From a virus: a stretch of 64,000 bases of DNA. Shown piece by piece: positions 56,276 through 64,000 of the stretch. Within the stretch, counting starts at the first letter, position 1. Each line of letters begins with the position of its first letter. The notes beneath the pieces are model-generated. The model was not told the DNA's origin. It searched no databases and was given only the letters and a program-made list of their open reading frames with translations. Made by a program: the position numbers and the translations under genes. The stretch is taken from positions 64,001-128,000 of the IMG/VR virus record IMGVR_UViG_3300042878_001826; one strand, written 5' to 3'.

Positions 56276-56911
56276 ATGAAATACGCAAGCTTTAGATATA
56301 TTTTTCCTCCACGTCCAAAAAATCCAATCCCAAATACAGAGTTGGGTTTTTGGGACAATGGATCTTTGATAGCACAGCCAAAATTAAATGGTTCTAACTG
56401 TCTTATCTTCACCAATGGTGAGAAGCATATTTCTATGAACAGACACAATGGTCGTCTTACAAACTTTCAGTTGAAAGATGATGAAATCAAATCACTTTAT
56501 AAAGGAACAGGTGGATGGACAATCTTGAATGGTGAATATCTTAATAAGAATAAACAGGATGAAAACAGAAAAGCTTTCAACCATAAGTTTGTCATATTCG
56601 ACATTCTTGTAAATGATGGTGATTATCTTGTGGGAAAAACTTTTGAAGAAAGAATCACGTTATTGGATAATATGTTCGGACAGAACGAATGTGAGAAAGA
56701 CTACCTTTATGGTATTTCTGAAAACGTTTACCGTGTTAAGTCATACCAAAATCAGTTCAATATGCTTTATGATACTCTGACACCAATCGATTTGATTGAA
56801 GGTCTTGTTTTAAAAAGAAAGACTGCAAGATTGGAAATGGGTACTTCTGAGTTGAACAACGTGAAGAGTCAAATCAAATGTAGAAAGGAAACAAAAAACT
56901 ATAAATACTAA
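56276..56911 (+). CDS. ATP-dependent ligase-type adenylation domain protein (no OB domain)
   Basis: QPKLNGS (motif I); LNGEY; IFDIL; EGLVLK; KCR. Confidence 0.75.
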   Translation: MKYASFRYIFPPRPKNPIPNTELGFWDNGSLIAQPKLNGSNCLIFTNGEKHISMNRHNGRLTNFQLKDDEIKSLYKGTGGWTILNGEYLNKNKQDENRKAFNHKFVIFDILVNDGDYLVGKTFEERITLLDNMFGQNECEKDYLYGISENVYRVKSYQNQFNMLYDTLTPIDLIEGLVLKRKTARLEMGTSELNNVKSQIKCRKETKNYKY

Positions 56912-57121
56912 ATGGAAAATATATTAGATACTCTAATAAAACACTTAGAGTCGATTAAAAATAGTGCACCTATCAATCACGGAGATTTGAGTGATTTAGG
57001 AAATGAGATTGGTATTATTATAGGACAGTATACCAATGATGAAATGGGTTATGAGAAAGACGACTTTGTAAGTGGTGTGCGTCATGGCATTTCTATTTCT
57101 GACGGAACTCACGGATTTTAG
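56912..57121 (+). CDS. hypothetical protein
   Basis: ORF track. Confidence 0.55.
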   Translation: MENILDTLIKHLESIKNSAPINHGDLSDLGNEIGIIIGQYTNDEMGYEKDDFVSGVRHGISISDGTHGF

Positions 57122-57162
57122 AATACGGCTTTTTAATATATAAGAAAATACAAATATTTTAA

Positions 57163-57735
57163 ATGGATAAGTTTTCTAAATTAAGACCAAAAACCGAGAC
57201 TGAAAAAAAAGATAAAGAACTATTCTCTAAAGGACCTTTAAAGGTAATAGAGTTTGAGGATTGGAGTATCATAAAGACTAAAGACTGTATACTTTGCATT
57301 CCTATTCTTATAGAAACAAACCAAGTCGTTCTTAGACAAGAATACATACCTACATTCAAATACGTTACTGGACAAGAGTATCATGCAACTATAGTTGCTG
57401 GTGGTATAGAACCAGGTGAAGATCCTAAGACTGCACTTTTAAGAGAGTTAGAAGAAGAAGCTGGAATAGTTTTAAGAGAAGACTATGATGATTTTGAAGA
57501 ACTTAAACCATTCTTTTTAACAAAGGGTTCTGCAAACAAAGCGTATCCTTTCATACTTCCATTGAATGAGAAAGACTATCAAGAAGTAATGGCAAAAGGA
57601 GATGGATCAAAGGCAGAGAGTATGAGTAAAGCAGTTAAGATAGATTTGAAATATCTTGACTCTGTAAACTTTTCAGACCTTGCAAGTGCTTACATGGTTT
57701 TGAAAGCAAAAGAATATCTAAACTTATCAAAATAG
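57163..57735 (+). CDS. NUDIX hydrolase (ADP-ribose pyrophosphatase-like)
   Basis: Nudix box GGIEPGEDPKTALLRELEEEAG. Confidence 0.88.
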   Translation: MDKFSKLRPKTETEKKDKELFSKGPLKVIEFEDWSIIKTKDCILCIPILIETNQVVLRQEYIPTFKYVTGQEYHATIVAGGIEPGEDPKTALLRELEEEAGIVLREDYDDFEELKPFFLTKGSANKAYPFILPLNEKDYQEVMAKGDGSKAESMSKAVKIDLKYLDSVNFSDLASAYMVLKAKEYLNLSK

Positions 57736-57761
57736 TTTAATATAAAAAGAAAAACTTTTTT

Positions 57762-57980
57762 ATGGAAAAAATACCATTGAGAAACTTCGGAGTATTTTCC
57801 GAATCAGAATACAAAGGAAAGACATTACAAGAAGCAACAAAATATGCCGAAGATGGTGGATTTGTTGTTAGGATTGTAGAAGAAGAAGGAGATGTTAAAA
57901 TGCTTGATATGTCTGTTCGTGCAGATAGATTAAATTTTAGAGTAAGAGGCGGATTCATCACTGCAGTCTTTGGAGGATAA
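57762..57980 (+). CDS. small protein resembling peptidase inhibitor I78/I13 family
   Basis: G........A......R.V.....M..R.DRLN..V..G.IT....G pattern. Confidence 0.55.
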   Translation: MEKIPLRNFGVFSESEYKGKTLQEATKYAEDGGFVVRIVEEEGDVKMLDMSVRADRLNFRVRGGFITAVFGG

Positions 57981-57987
57981 AAACTAT

Positions 57988-58015
57988 AAAGCCACTCAAA
58001 TGAGTGGCTTTTTTT
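57988..58015. terminator. bidirectional intrinsic terminator
   Basis: AAAGCCACTC-AAAT-GAGTGGCTTTTTT. Confidence 0.8.
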
Positions 58016-59420
58016 ATTTGTTTAAAAATCTTAGTAAATCTGATTTGATATCTTTGTTCCATTCTTTATCATCTACATCTCCGTAGTCCGAGAAGTGTGG
58101 TTTAAGTTCATATCCAGTTTTTTCAGTTTTGTAGCAGTATTCGCTGAAGATAGTCTCCAGACTTTCTTGTTCTAAGTCGTCTACCTCAAAATCCTCGATC
58201 CAGTCATCGCTGAAACGTATAAGATAGAAAGTCTCTTCTTCTTTGTATGTTCTCCAGTTTCCGTTTTCGTCTTTATTGAATTTGGACTTCTTCTCCACTT
58301 CTCTTGTTCCTTTTATATATGTGAAGTTGTCGTCGAGTATTTCGTCGAACTCGTCTTTTATCTGTTGTAGGTTTGCCTCTGCATGTGCGTTGGATGCCCA
58401 ATCTCCGTAGGATTGCTTGATATCCGAAAGTATTTCGGAATCGTTAGAAATCTGCTTCAGAGTATTGTAGAATCTTTCTTTAAGAAGATATTCTGTTATA
58501 TCTTTGGTTTTTCTTTCTTCTTTAGTTGACTCTGGTTCTCCTTCTTTGTCTTCTATCATTACTTTTATGGCATCATACACCATGTCGTCGCATTCGTCGC
58601 CTATATAACTAACAAATTCTTCCAATCCACCAGCGTCCTTTATCAAAGCCTTCACGAAGAGAGACTTGTTCTCTTTGTCTAGATAGTATTCAAATAGAGA
58701 GTTAAAATCTGGCTGGTAGTCATTACCACAATAGCTGTCATATATACCCGATCCGTCTATCAGCAGATCCTTATAGTTCGAATCTCTGGAAAGAAGTAGG
58801 TCTGATAAATCTTCGAGGTTGTATTCTACGTATATACTGTCATCTTTTTCTTCGTATCTACTCCAGTCGTAGTATTTTGCAAGCTGTGTCTGTGTTATCT
58901 TTACTGCTTGTTTCTTTTTGACTAAAAATTCTACGTAGCCATCAGCCTCTGTTATGGTAGGTTCTTTACCTTCGACATTGTTCCAAGTCTCTGTAAAGAA
59001 TAAGCCTTCTTTTGCTATTATTCCTTCTATATCACCTATCTCTCCATCATTATCTAATATAGAAATATCACCATCAGCTTCTTCTGCTATTATACTATAA
59101 GCAAACTTTAGATTGTCAGAAACGTCATTGCTTGATACTTTTTCACTTGTGATGAGTATGCTTATTGCCGGTGTATTGTTTCCAGACTCCATCTTCTTTG
59201 TGAATCTTTCCACATAATGTGTTCTACTTTCTTTGTAGTTCCACATTCTTTCCTCTCCAACAAATCCATATCTGACTTCAATCTGATATCCTTCATCTAT
59301 AGATTCTTGGAAGTAGTCTCTTATATCGTCTTCGTCCAACATCCAAGGATTGAATTCCTCTTCCGTCTCTTTTGATTCTTTTATGTAAGAAATAAAATCA
59401 TTCCATCTTTTTATCTTCAT
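58014..59420 (-). CDS. large acidic hypothetical late protein (MKIKRWNDF start)
   Basis: 468 aa; TAATATATA box 4 nt upstream. Confidence 0.75.
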   Translation of the reverse strand: MKIKRWNDFISYIKESKETEEEFNPWMLDEDDIRDYFQESIDEGYQIEVRYGFVGEERMWNYKESRTHYVERFTKKMESGNNTPAISILITSEKVSSNDVSDNLKFAYSIIAEEADGDISILDNDGEIGDIEGIIAKEGLFFTETWNNVEGKEPTITEADGYVEFLVKKKQAVKITQTQLAKYYDWSRYEEKDDSIYVEYNLEDLSDLLLSRDSNYKDLLIDGSGIYDSYCGNDYQPDFNSLFEYYLDKENKSLFVKALIKDAGGLEEFVSYIGDECDDMVYDAIKVMIEDKEGEPESTKEERKTKDITEYLLKERFYNTLKQISNDSEILSDIKQSYGDWASNAHAEANLQQIKDEFDEILDDNFTYIKGTREVEKKSKFNKDENGNWRTYKEEETFYLIRFSDDWIEDFEVDDLEQESLETIFSEYCYKTEKTGYELKPHFSDYGDVDDKEWNKDIKSDLLRFLNK

Positions 59421-59424
59421 TCAT

Positions 59425-59461
59425 TATATATTAAAAATCGACATCTATTTTTTAATATATA
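59425..59461. promoter_or_regulatory. divergent pair of putative late promoters (TAATATATA)
   Basis: One box on each strand (59425-59433 minus, 59453-59461 plus), each 4 nt before an ATG. Confidence 0.7.
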
Positions 59462-59465
59462 TGCT

Positions 59466-61175
59466 ATGAGATATCTAAAACTATACGAAGCGTTTTCATC
59501 TAATACGCTTTCAAAGCTTTATAAGCATCTAAAGAAAAAGAATGCTAGTAATAAAAGTCTTAATCAATTCAAAGAAGACATGGAAGTAATCGCAAAGTCT
59601 TTTGATATTCCTATGGACAAAATATCAGACGAAGATGTTTCTTATATTTCTAGAAGAAAGGCTCTTCCGCTTAGATCGGAAGCAAAGAATGATTCTGGAA
59701 TATGGGCCATAAAATTTTGGTTTGATAAAGACGGAGAATATATCGGTACTTCAGGAACAGGAAACGCAAAGTTTGCTACTTCAAATGTGCCAAGTACTAG
59801 TAGTTATCACAGTAAACCATATTCAAAAGCACAATGGGATAAGATTAAAAAATCAATGACTTTTGGCTTTCCAAAAACTGGGTATTTAATACCTGTACTC
59901 CATGATGAATATGATCAGTTAAAAGATGGTGATGAGGTTATAGTATGTCTTTGTGATGAGGAAGAATATGATGACTATCCAGATTCTAGAGTAGATAGGT
60001 TAGTATGTGGAAAGATATTTGTGGATGGAAACGTATATGTCATACATGACAACGATATCGCGGAAGGATCGGAACCAAGTAATACTCCATCAGAAGAATA
60101 TCCGGACATAGAATGGGGTGAGTATTCCTGGAGTATTGTGAGTATCAATGGAGGTGTAGGTTCCGATCATTTCAACCTTCATAAAGTCATAAAGTCCGAT
60201 ACTCCAATATCTTACTATAGTGAAAAAGTTGATAATGAAGAAGGTAATAATCCTTTTGAATTCAACCTTTCTTTAGAAGAGATAGAAGATAATAAGTTGA
60301 TTCTTTCTGACTGGTCAGGAAACATTGATGAAAAGAATAAAATAGAAAAAGAGGCAGACTTTGCAGTTATTTTATACGTCGATGGTATTCTAAGTAGAGG
60401 ATTGAAAAGTAAATCCGCTACTTCCGAAGAAAGAAAAGAAACTAGAAAAGGAGCAATCGCTTTGATGTCCGACGAAGACTTCAAGCAAGCAAACATAGAG
60501 AAATATCTCAACCAGTTAGTTGAGAAGATTGGAATCACTCCAGAATCAGTGGAGCTTAAGAATCTACAGAAGGTCGCAGCGACTATAATGTCTACTGGAA
60601 TATCAGACTCATATGCACTTTTTTCAATTATGAGTCGAGATTATAGGGCTATAGATAATTTGGCATATCAACTAAAGAGATTGATATCAAGTGTTTCTCT
60701 ACAAAATCCAGAAATGATTAAATTTGTCTACAACGAATTTGCAGGTGATTATAGAAGAACTAAAAAAAATGCGAGTAATGCATATAAATCAAAAAAAGCT
60801 TCAATGGATATGTTAAAAGAAAGAGAATATCTAAAACCTTTATATGATTCTATACTCAGAATAAGTAATAAAATATCCAAAGGAATAGTATCTAAAGAGA
60901 TTACTAGAGGAGAAGATTTAAAAAAGATATTATTCAAACTTGAAAGTATTGAATCAATGATGAGAGATGATGATTTTGAGCTTTCTCGACAGTTCAGAGA
61001 CTTCTCGGAAAATGTAAGATATGGAGTGAGTGATTCCGACATGGTTATAAGAAGACTAGAAAATATGGATGGAGACTATTCTACTTTAACAAACGACAAT
61101 AAGACGACTCTTTTAGAAATGGATCTGAAAAAACTTAAAGAAATAGAATCTTATGTAGATGATATAATGAAATAA
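59466..61175 (+). CDS. large hypothetical late protein with N-terminal MRYLKLYEAF motif
   Basis: 569 aa; late box; motif. Confidence 0.75.
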   Translation: MRYLKLYEAFSSNTLSKLYKHLKKKNASNKSLNQFKEDMEVIAKSFDIPMDKISDEDVSYISRRKALPLRSEAKNDSGIWAIKFWFDKDGEYIGTSGTGNAKFATSNVPSTSSYHSKPYSKAQWDKIKKSMTFGFPKTGYLIPVLHDEYDQLKDGDEVIVCLCDEEEYDDYPDSRVDRLVCGKIFVDGNVYVIHDNDIAEGSEPSNTPSEEYPDIEWGEYSWSIVSINGGVGSDHFNLHKVIKSDTPISYYSEKVDNEEGNNPFEFNLSLEEIEDNKLILSDWSGNIDEKNKIEKEADFAVILYVDGILSRGLKSKSATSEERKETRKGAIALMSDEDFKQANIEKYLNQLVEKIGITPESVELKNLQKVAATIMSTGISDSYALFSIMSRDYRAIDNLAYQLKRLISSVSLQNPEMIKFVYNEFAGDYRRTKKNASNAYKSKKASMDMLKEREYLKPLYDSILRISNKISKGIVSKEITRGEDLKKILFKLESIESMMRDDDFELSRQFRDFSENVRYGVSDSDMVIRRLENMDGDYSTLTNDNKTTLLEMDLKKLKEIESYVDDIMK

Positions 61176-61203
61176 AAAAAGCCACTCAAACGAGTGGCTT
61201 TTC
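61174..61203. terminator. bidirectional intrinsic terminator
   Basis: AAAAAAAGCCACTC-AAAC-GAGTGGCTTTT. Confidence 0.8.
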
Positions 61204-61206
61204 TTT

Positions 61207-62151
61207 TTATATTCTATTTAGAAGCTCTGCCTTCTTTTCTGAAAACTCTTCGTCTGTCAATATCCCTGCAGAGTTTAAATCTGCAAGTTTCTTTATCAAA
61301 CCGATTATGTCTTCTGTTGGATTCGAAGCTTTTTCTTTTTTCAAATCTTTTGTATCAACTGGTTTTACACTCTCTGGTAAAAGCTGAAGAACTATAGAAG
61401 ATATGTGAAACTTCTCAAAGTCCATATCAACCTCTTCGAACTTTTGGTTTGATTTTTTACCTTTTTCAACACGTCCTGTCTCTATCGAATTGGTCGAATA
61501 GCTTGTAGTCGTCGCCATATTTCCTAAATCTGAAATATTGATACCAGCAGTATATGTAGAGTTTATAGACTGTAGATTTGTGGTATTAGTTGTAGTAGTA
61601 CCAATAATGTTATTACTCAAGCCATTTGTATAATAACCACCGGTTGTTGTGCCACTAAGTCCACCGGTTGTTGTTCCACAATAAACGTTTGGAACTCCAT
61701 ACCAGTAAGGTTGATAATGTGGATAGTGAACAGGATAATATCTTTCTACTATCACTCTGTTGAATCTATTTCTCCAGTTATTTAAACTCACTACATTTTC
61801 TTTGTAGAAGAATACTTCAAGCATTCCGTTTTTAGAAATAGCGACCTTTGTACTTTGATTGTCTTCGACTTCGTATGTATTGAACACAAACTTTTTGTTA
61901 TCATCTACGAAACAATCAAGATAGAATCTTTCACCGGGTCTGATTACCAGTCCGCTTTGTGATATTGTATTTCCGTTTAGTTTGATGTCTGCGAGTACGC
62001 AGTCTGTTAGTGGATTGAAAAGTTCTATTTGAAACTCTTCTTTGTCTTTTAGATAGACTTTGCCATTTTTGATTGACTTTCTCCCTTTATCGTTGGAGAC
62101 TACCCATGCACTTGGCTTTTCAACATGGTTGTTTTTAGCTTTCTTTGCCAT
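61207..62151 (-). CDS. hypothetical protein with Thr/Gly-rich linker and C-terminal SHOCT domain
   Basis: IKKLADL...GILTDEEF..KK.ELL; likely start MAKK at 62151. Confidence 0.7.
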   Translation of the reverse strand: MAKKAKNNHVEKPSAWVVSNDKGRKSIKNGKVYLKDKEEFQIELFNPLTDCVLADIKLNGNTISQSGLVIRPGERFYLDCFVDDNKKFVFNTYEVEDNQSTKVAISKNGMLEVFFYKENVVSLNNWRNRFNRVIVERYYPVHYPHYQPYWYGVPNVYCGTTTGGLSGTTTGGYYTNGLSNNIIGTTTTNTTNLQSINSTYTAGINISDLGNMATTTSYSTNSIETGRVEKGKKSNQKFEEVDMDFEKFHISSIVLQLLPESVKPVDTKDLKKEKASNPTEDIIGLIKKLADLNSAGILTDEEFSEKKAELLNRI

Positions 62152-62272
62152 TTTATTCTTTTTTATTTTTAACTTATATCTTGATTCATTTCTAAATCTC
62201 AAAGGCTACCCGGAATAACCTGACATAAGTTTGTCGAACTTAAAAGTATATATAAGAGGATTATTTCCCTCT

Positions 62273-63151
62273 TTATATTTTAATAGTGTCTTGAAGACCT
62301 AACTCTTCTATTAATTTGACTATATTTCTATGAAATGGTGAGTCCTTTTCAATAGACAAATGGTTTCTATTATGCCAATGATAACAATACGCATCGTCAT
62401 AGAAATATTCATTGTTATTATTTTTAAACCAAAGGTCAAAATCACATGTGTCACAAATCCACATTGGATCAAACCACCCACAGGGTAGAGTATTTATTTC
62501 TAAAGTACTATCTAAGCTAAAATGTATTTGATTTTCCTTTCTATTACCAAATGTATCTTGCATTCCAAAATGACCTCCACCATATTCAAGAAATCTTTCT
62601 ATTATACTTTTTAAAATATTTTTATCTCTACACCAAAAAAGTGCATTATTTGGATAGTTACTTCTTTCCCATGTTGATAGAAATGAATCATATTTAGAGA
62701 ATAGATAGTCAAAATTTTTGAAAAAAAGTATATCTAAATCAAACCACATTCCATCATATTTGTAAAGCATTATAAGTCTAAGATAATCACTATAGAATGA
62801 TGGCATAGATAGATATCCATTTCTATCTATTTGATATGATTCTAATGGAGTTCCAACTCTTTCTGTTAAGTGATCAAAATATTTCACTTCACAAAATCTA
62901 CTTAATAACTTATAGATAGGCTTTTCTAAATAAGATTCTATGTCAGATTCACCCCATAGTATTATTTTATTGTTTGTATCCTTAACATTTGTTAAGTAAC
63001 ATGATAGTATTGAAAATAGCTGATTTATTCCAATTTCTTTATTCCAATAACAATGAAATGTTACGGGCTTTTCATAAACAATTTCATCATGTGTTTTTAT
63101 ATCTTTTAGTTGGTCAAAAAGACTTTCTTTAATTAAATTATGTAATATCAT
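62273..63151 (-). CDS. glycosyltransferase, GT32 / DXD sugar-binding family
   Basis: FHCYW; SDYLRL..LYKY.G.WFDLD; YHWHN; likely start at 63151. Confidence 0.8.
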   Translation of the reverse strand: MILHNLIKESLFDQLKDIKTHDEIVYEKPVTFHCYWNKEIGINQLFSILSCYLTNVKDTNNKIILWGESDIESYLEKPIYKLLSRFCEVKYFDHLTERVGTPLESYQIDRNGYLSMPSFYSDYLRLIMLYKYDGMWFDLDILFFKNFDYLFSKYDSFLSTWERSNYPNNALFWCRDKNILKSIIERFLEYGGGHFGMQDTFGNRKENQIHFSLDSTLEINTLPCGWFDPMWICDTCDFDLWFKNNNNEYFYDDAYCYHWHNRNHLSIEKDSPFHRNIVKLIEELGLQDTIKI

Positions 63152-63236
63152 AAATTTTATATTAATAATAATAATAATGTTTTGTATTTTGTTAAAAAAC
63201 TCCGTATCTTTGTCAAACAAACAAATAAATATAAAG

Positions 63237-64000
63237 ATGGGTAAAGCTACAAAGTTCATATTAAATACTTTTATCAAACTTACTTCGATGACATATCCTT
63301 ATGGATATGAAGACGTTTTGGTAAAAGAAATGATTAAATGCGGGTTGTTCCCTAAAGACATCGTGAAAGATGTTCACGGAAATTTCTTCTATCAGGTAGG
63401 AGAAAGCAGAACTATTTTCGCAAGCCACTTAGATACTGTTTCAAAAACACACACAAAAGTAAATCATGTTTTCGAAGGAACCATGATTAAAACTGATGGT
63501 ACTACTACATTAGGTGCAGATGATAAAGCAGGTGTTACAACTATGCTTTGGATGATTAAACACAACGTTCCTGGATTATACTACTTCTTTATTGGTGAAG
63601 AAGTTGGTTGTATCGGTTCTGGTAATGCAGCAAGATCTGTATCTGACTTTAAAGATAAATATGATAGAATAATCTCTTTCGATAGACGTGATGTTGGTTC
63701 TGTAATCACTCACCAATCTTGGTCAAGATGTTGCTCAGACTCTTTTGGTGATGCTTTGGCTTCAGAGTTAAACAAAAGCGGTTTGTCATATAAGAAAGAC
63801 GATGGTGGTGTCTATACTGACTCGGCAGAGTTCGTAGATATCATTCCAGAGTGTACTAACATATCTGTTGGTTATTACAAAGAACACACAACAAACGAGT
63901 CTCAAGATATCGTTCACTTAGAGAAACTTGCAGAAGCTTGTTTAAGAGTTGATTGGGAAAATCTTCCTACAGAAAGAGACCCAAAGTTCACAGAGTACAA
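63237..64000 (+). CDS. M20/M28 metallopeptidase-like protein, partial at the window end (paralog of 29168-30391)
   Basis: MGKATKF...TYPYG; SHLDT; LGADDKAG; GEEVGCIGS; FDRR; TNISVGY; TATCTTTG box ~30 nt upstream. Confidence 0.85.
   Translation, partial: MGKATKFILNTFIKLTSMTYPYGYEDVLVKEMIKCGLFPKDIVKDVHGNFFYQVGESRTIFASHLDTVSKTHTKVNHVFEGTMIKTDGTTTLGADDKAGVTTMLWMIKHNVPGLYYFFIGEEVGCIGSGNAARSVSDFKDKYDRIISFDRRDVGSVITHQSWSRCCSDSFGDALASELNKSGLSYKKDDGGVYTDSAEFVDIIPECTNISVGYYKEHTTNESQDIVHLEKLAEACLRVDWENLPTERDPKFTEY

Noticed and set aside
1-64000. Alternative genetic code (TAG or TGA recoding), seen in some large phages
   Set aside because: Conserved genes (gmd, fcl, clpC, uvsX, cysK) are full length in code 11, and TAG and TGA serve as normal stops with tight packing
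1-64000. tRNA, rRNA or CRISPR arrays
   Set aside because: No cloverleaf/T-loop consensus or regularly spaced repeats seen by eye, and intergenic gaps are mostly too short; tRNAscan was not run

Overview
AT-rich, gene-dense 64 kb segment of a large T4-like (jumbo) bacteriophage genome in standard code 11. The host is probably in Bacteroidota: at least 14 TAnnTTTG -7 promoter boxes sit at operon starts, Shine-Dalgarno sites are absent, and there is an Hc1-like histone protein and a DDLPF-tailed peptide. Contents: (i) a ~10.5 kb glycan island (gmd, fcl, GT10 fucosyltransferase, other GTs, methyl-, acetyl- and aminotransferases); (ii) a ClpC-like ATPase without its N-domain; (iii) late or virion genes behind a TAATATATA box (LamG, LamG-DUF285, gp14-like neck fusion, many proteins starting M-K/R-x-L-K-R/K-F-x-E); (iv) a DNA adenine methylase plus EcoRI-like endonuclease plus GIY-YIG cassette; (v) UvsX/RecA and cysK; (vi) many RNA-repair and nucleotide-processing genes. 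The most striking unexplained signals are: a shared terminal motif R-[DE]-x-[KR]-[LI]-x-x-[LI]-[LG] on about 16 otherwise unrelated proteins; a leader-peptide terminator/antiterminator switch at 39433-39577 with an adjacent structured non-coding RNA candidate; a 51-aa peptide ending in the SSB tail DDLPF; and an empty-site scar in the glycan island. I found no tRNA, rRNA or CRISPR array by eye. All family calls come from motif recognition, not database searches.
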